Source: Scyliorhinus canicula (Eukaryota). Taken from it: a stretch of DNA of 64,000 nucleotides. The notes under the pieces are model-generated. The model was not told where the DNA came from. It saw only the letters and a program-made list of their open reading frames with translations, and did not search any database. Positions 61,331 to 64,000 of this stretch are shown one piece after another. The translations under genes and the position numbers were made by a program. Each line of letters begins with the position of its first letter. Positions within the stretch are counted from its first letter, which is position 1. The stretch covers positions 26,549,908 through 26,613,907 of the forward strand of contig NC_052161.1 in the NCBI RefSeq assembly GCF_902713615.1. The letters are read 5' to 3'.

Positions 61331-63139
61331 GTGGGTAAACGAGCTCTATAAATGGACATTGTATACATAAGTTACATCTTCAAAGATCACTGGAGAGTTA
61401 GTCGCTCGATCAGTTGTACTTTATTTACAGTAGTCCTTGACTATTTCAACTCGTGCAATAAAGCAGCCGTTTGACCATAATTAATGCCCATGTTTGTGAC
61501 AAGCTTCGCAGTAAACCTGCTTAGTTTTGGTGACAACCAAACATTGGAATGGATTCTGTGTTACAGCCACATCTATTTCTGGACGGCACTGCGATGTGAC
61601 ACCGCACTGCTTGTGCTTCGACTTCATGTAGAGGTTAAATTGTAGTCTTGAGCACTGCTAGCCGTCTATCTCTCACCCCCCCCCCCCCCCCCCCCCCCCC
61701 CATCGCCATATTCCCTGTTGCCTTCAATCACAAATTGTAAATAAACAAAATGTGCATGATATTTCATATTAAACTGACCCAGATTAAGCTATTCTTAGGG
61801 TATGAAAGTTGGGTAATAAGAAAAAAAACATTGTCTTAATTAGTTCAGCCAGCTACCATATATAAACAGACCTATATAAAATGGGTGTTTTAGTATTAAA
61901 ATGACATCTTCAAGTCAATGATTGTTATTCTCTGTACATTAGCCTGATGTTTATCAAGTACATTTGTTCTTAAATCCTAACATAAAACTGCGTTTTACTT
62001 CTGTGTTGCTGAATTTAAAATTTTCAATTTTCCTTGGTATAATTTGTACTTCATCAGCATGAACGATTTTGTTTCAGTTTGTATGGGACTTTAACAGATA
62101 TAAGTCTTTAGTGTTTTTAGTGATCCAGAAACCCAGGTTTCATTTGTGACAACTTAAAAAAAACCCCCACAAGAATTCAAACACGTTATTCTATCTACCG
62201 TGCATTCTGATTGATACCAGTAACTGATTATTTGGAGATTGGTTAGCTTAGTTGTCTGGGTGACCCACGTGTGGTGTGGAATAATATCAACGGTGTGAAT
62301 TCAATCCTGACAAAGCTGTGCTATTTCTTAACCCGTGGTGTCAGCGCATGATGGGCCATAATTGGCAACCCTTGGACAACAAGGATGCTATCTGGAGGGG
62401 GAACAGGATATGCTGTGATTACAGAATGAACTGTGGATATTAAAAATGTAAACTGAGAAAATGATGTTCTTACAGCGTATTGAAAAATAATAATTTCTGA
62501 GTACTATCTTGCAACTTTTTATTCATTAAAAACAAGTGATTGTGTGCAGTGTTGGATACTATGAGCATGAGATCCGTTTTATTGGAGAGGAAGTTCTGAC
62601 ACTTCATTTTTATTAGCTGATGAATTAACTTTAAAGTCAAAACTTTAAAGTCAGTACATAACTACTGATAACAATTCTTTAGTGGCACTGTTTAACCCAT
62701 TCTCTATTTAATCTGTTTACTCAAGAACGTTCATATCTGGATTTCCTGAGATACGATGATATACTCACTGTGATGCTAAAGTGGGCAAAATGATGCCGAC
62801 TCTAATGACTCCGTTTTTCTGTGAAGCCAGTTCATCTTCCCTCACCCGGTTTGGTACCAGTATCATTTGAGAAGGGAAATACAACAAATAATCTATGGGA
62901 AGTCAGAGAGCAATGGGAAAATTATATCACTATGTGAAAGTATCCAAATTTGAGCTGCCGGCAAAGAAAAATGCAACAATTATTTATAAATATTCAGTAA
63001 AAAAGATGGGGAAAACGATGGGAAAGTTATATAGTGAGTGAGACATTCATGTCATTACTGATGAGTTGATCCCTCCAAGTAATGCAGTGCGTTCTAAAAA
63101 TTCAACGTTATAAAATGTCCACTGAAATTTTGCACTTAG

Positions 63140-63244
63140 ATTAAGTACCGTGAAGAAGCCGAAAAATTCAAATCAGTTTTTCACTGGGATATAAAGTCGA
63201 AGCAACTGGAACATGCCTGTACGGTTGGGCGACTCGCGAGTAAG
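63140..63244 (+). CDS. NRAP: NRAP coding exon 4 (IKYREEAEKFKSVFHWDIKSKQLEHACTVGRLASK)
   Basis: 105-nt nebulin-repeat-sized exon, acceptor cacttag, donor AAG|gtaagc; KSVFHWD.KSK as in NRAP. Confidence 0.92.
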
Positions 63245-63980
63245 GTAAGCAGCCTCAAGGACTTGTGTCATAAAATGCCATGCGCGACAACATTAATGCT
63301 GGATTACAATATGGCCCCGAGGATCCATGGGAAATCTCACTTCCGCCATAACCTTGGTGGGAAGCCATGACAACTGTCATCAAATAGTTTCTATGATGGC
63401 TTTGCGGGGTGGAGTCTTTACCCATTCTTTACAAACTATGGGCATAAGACGTTGAGTATGGTAGGGGGCCAAGGCTTGGAGCTCCCACATGACAAGTCTT
63501 TTCTGGAAACTGGCATATGCCCGGATGGGATCAGGGAGGGTGGATATGAGGCCCTCTTTGTTCAGTGGCTGTGATATGATGAAAGCTCCGAAATTGAGGG
63601 CCCTCCAAAATTACTCAACAAACCTTTGCAGAGTCAATGACAGAGCTATGGGAAGGTATGTTTCAATGGATTTCCAGGCCTCCTGGAGTCAGTGGAAGTA
63701 AACATTAGGAGAAATATAGAGCGGGCTGCTAACATGTGATCACAGTAAATCTACATACAGCATTTTTAATGACAAGTTTTATAAAAAAAAAATTATGGTT
63801 TATCTGAGATTATCCGGCCTCTCTGTAGCATGAAAGGCAAAATTGATTGTTACCCCTGTAATTTTCTGGTGCTTGTTCCGTTTAAGGAAGTTTCCCTTCT
63901 GACCTCTCCGCGATTGTCCTTTTAAATGTAAATAAATACAAATAAGTTCTGTCATTGAGCTCAAACCCTCTGGTTTACAG

Positions 63981-64000
63981 GTGCAGTATACTAAAGCATG
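63981..64000 (+). CDS. NRAP: NRAP coding exon 5, start only (VQYTKA...), runs off the window
   Basis: Acceptor ggtttacag in phase 0; ASK|VQY forms a nebulin SxxxY motif. Confidence 0.75.

Overview
Repeat-rich vertebrate genomic DNA, almost certainly from a cartilaginous fish: it carries abundant HE1-type V-SINEs, HER1/CR1 LINEs and L1/Tx1-type LINEs. There is an assembly gap at 55-226. Two host genes can be reconstructed from splice sites and protein motifs. (1) A complete minus-strand, 5-exon type I membrane protein gene of the TGOLN2/TGN38-C5orf15(KCT2) family. Coding exons are 36049-36051, 35504-35597, 27287-28902 and 19712-19837, giving about 612 aa. It has a signal peptide, about 43 copies of an 11-aa luminal repeat, a TM helix and a SEYQRL endocytic/TGN sorting motif. 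(2) The 5' end of NRAP on the plus strand (LIM domain plus the first nebulin repeats; exons from 60639 to the window end). A promoter-like CCAAT/ISRE region at about 5.5-6 kb may belong to a third, minus-strand gene outside the window (CASP7 by recalled synteny; inference only). The rest is transposable-element material, including a nested stack at 42-53 kb (two Gypsy remnants, an inner Gypsy with both LTRs, a solo LTR, two hAT-Charlie elements and a SINE), PIF/Harbinger elements and solo LTRs inside SINEs. The most interesting hypothesis is that the TGN-like gene is a third, NRAP/TCF7L2-linked ohnolog of TGOLN2 and C5orf15, absent from the human locus, with a graded N-glycosylation repeat array. 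All family assignments rest on recalled motifs; no database searches were run.
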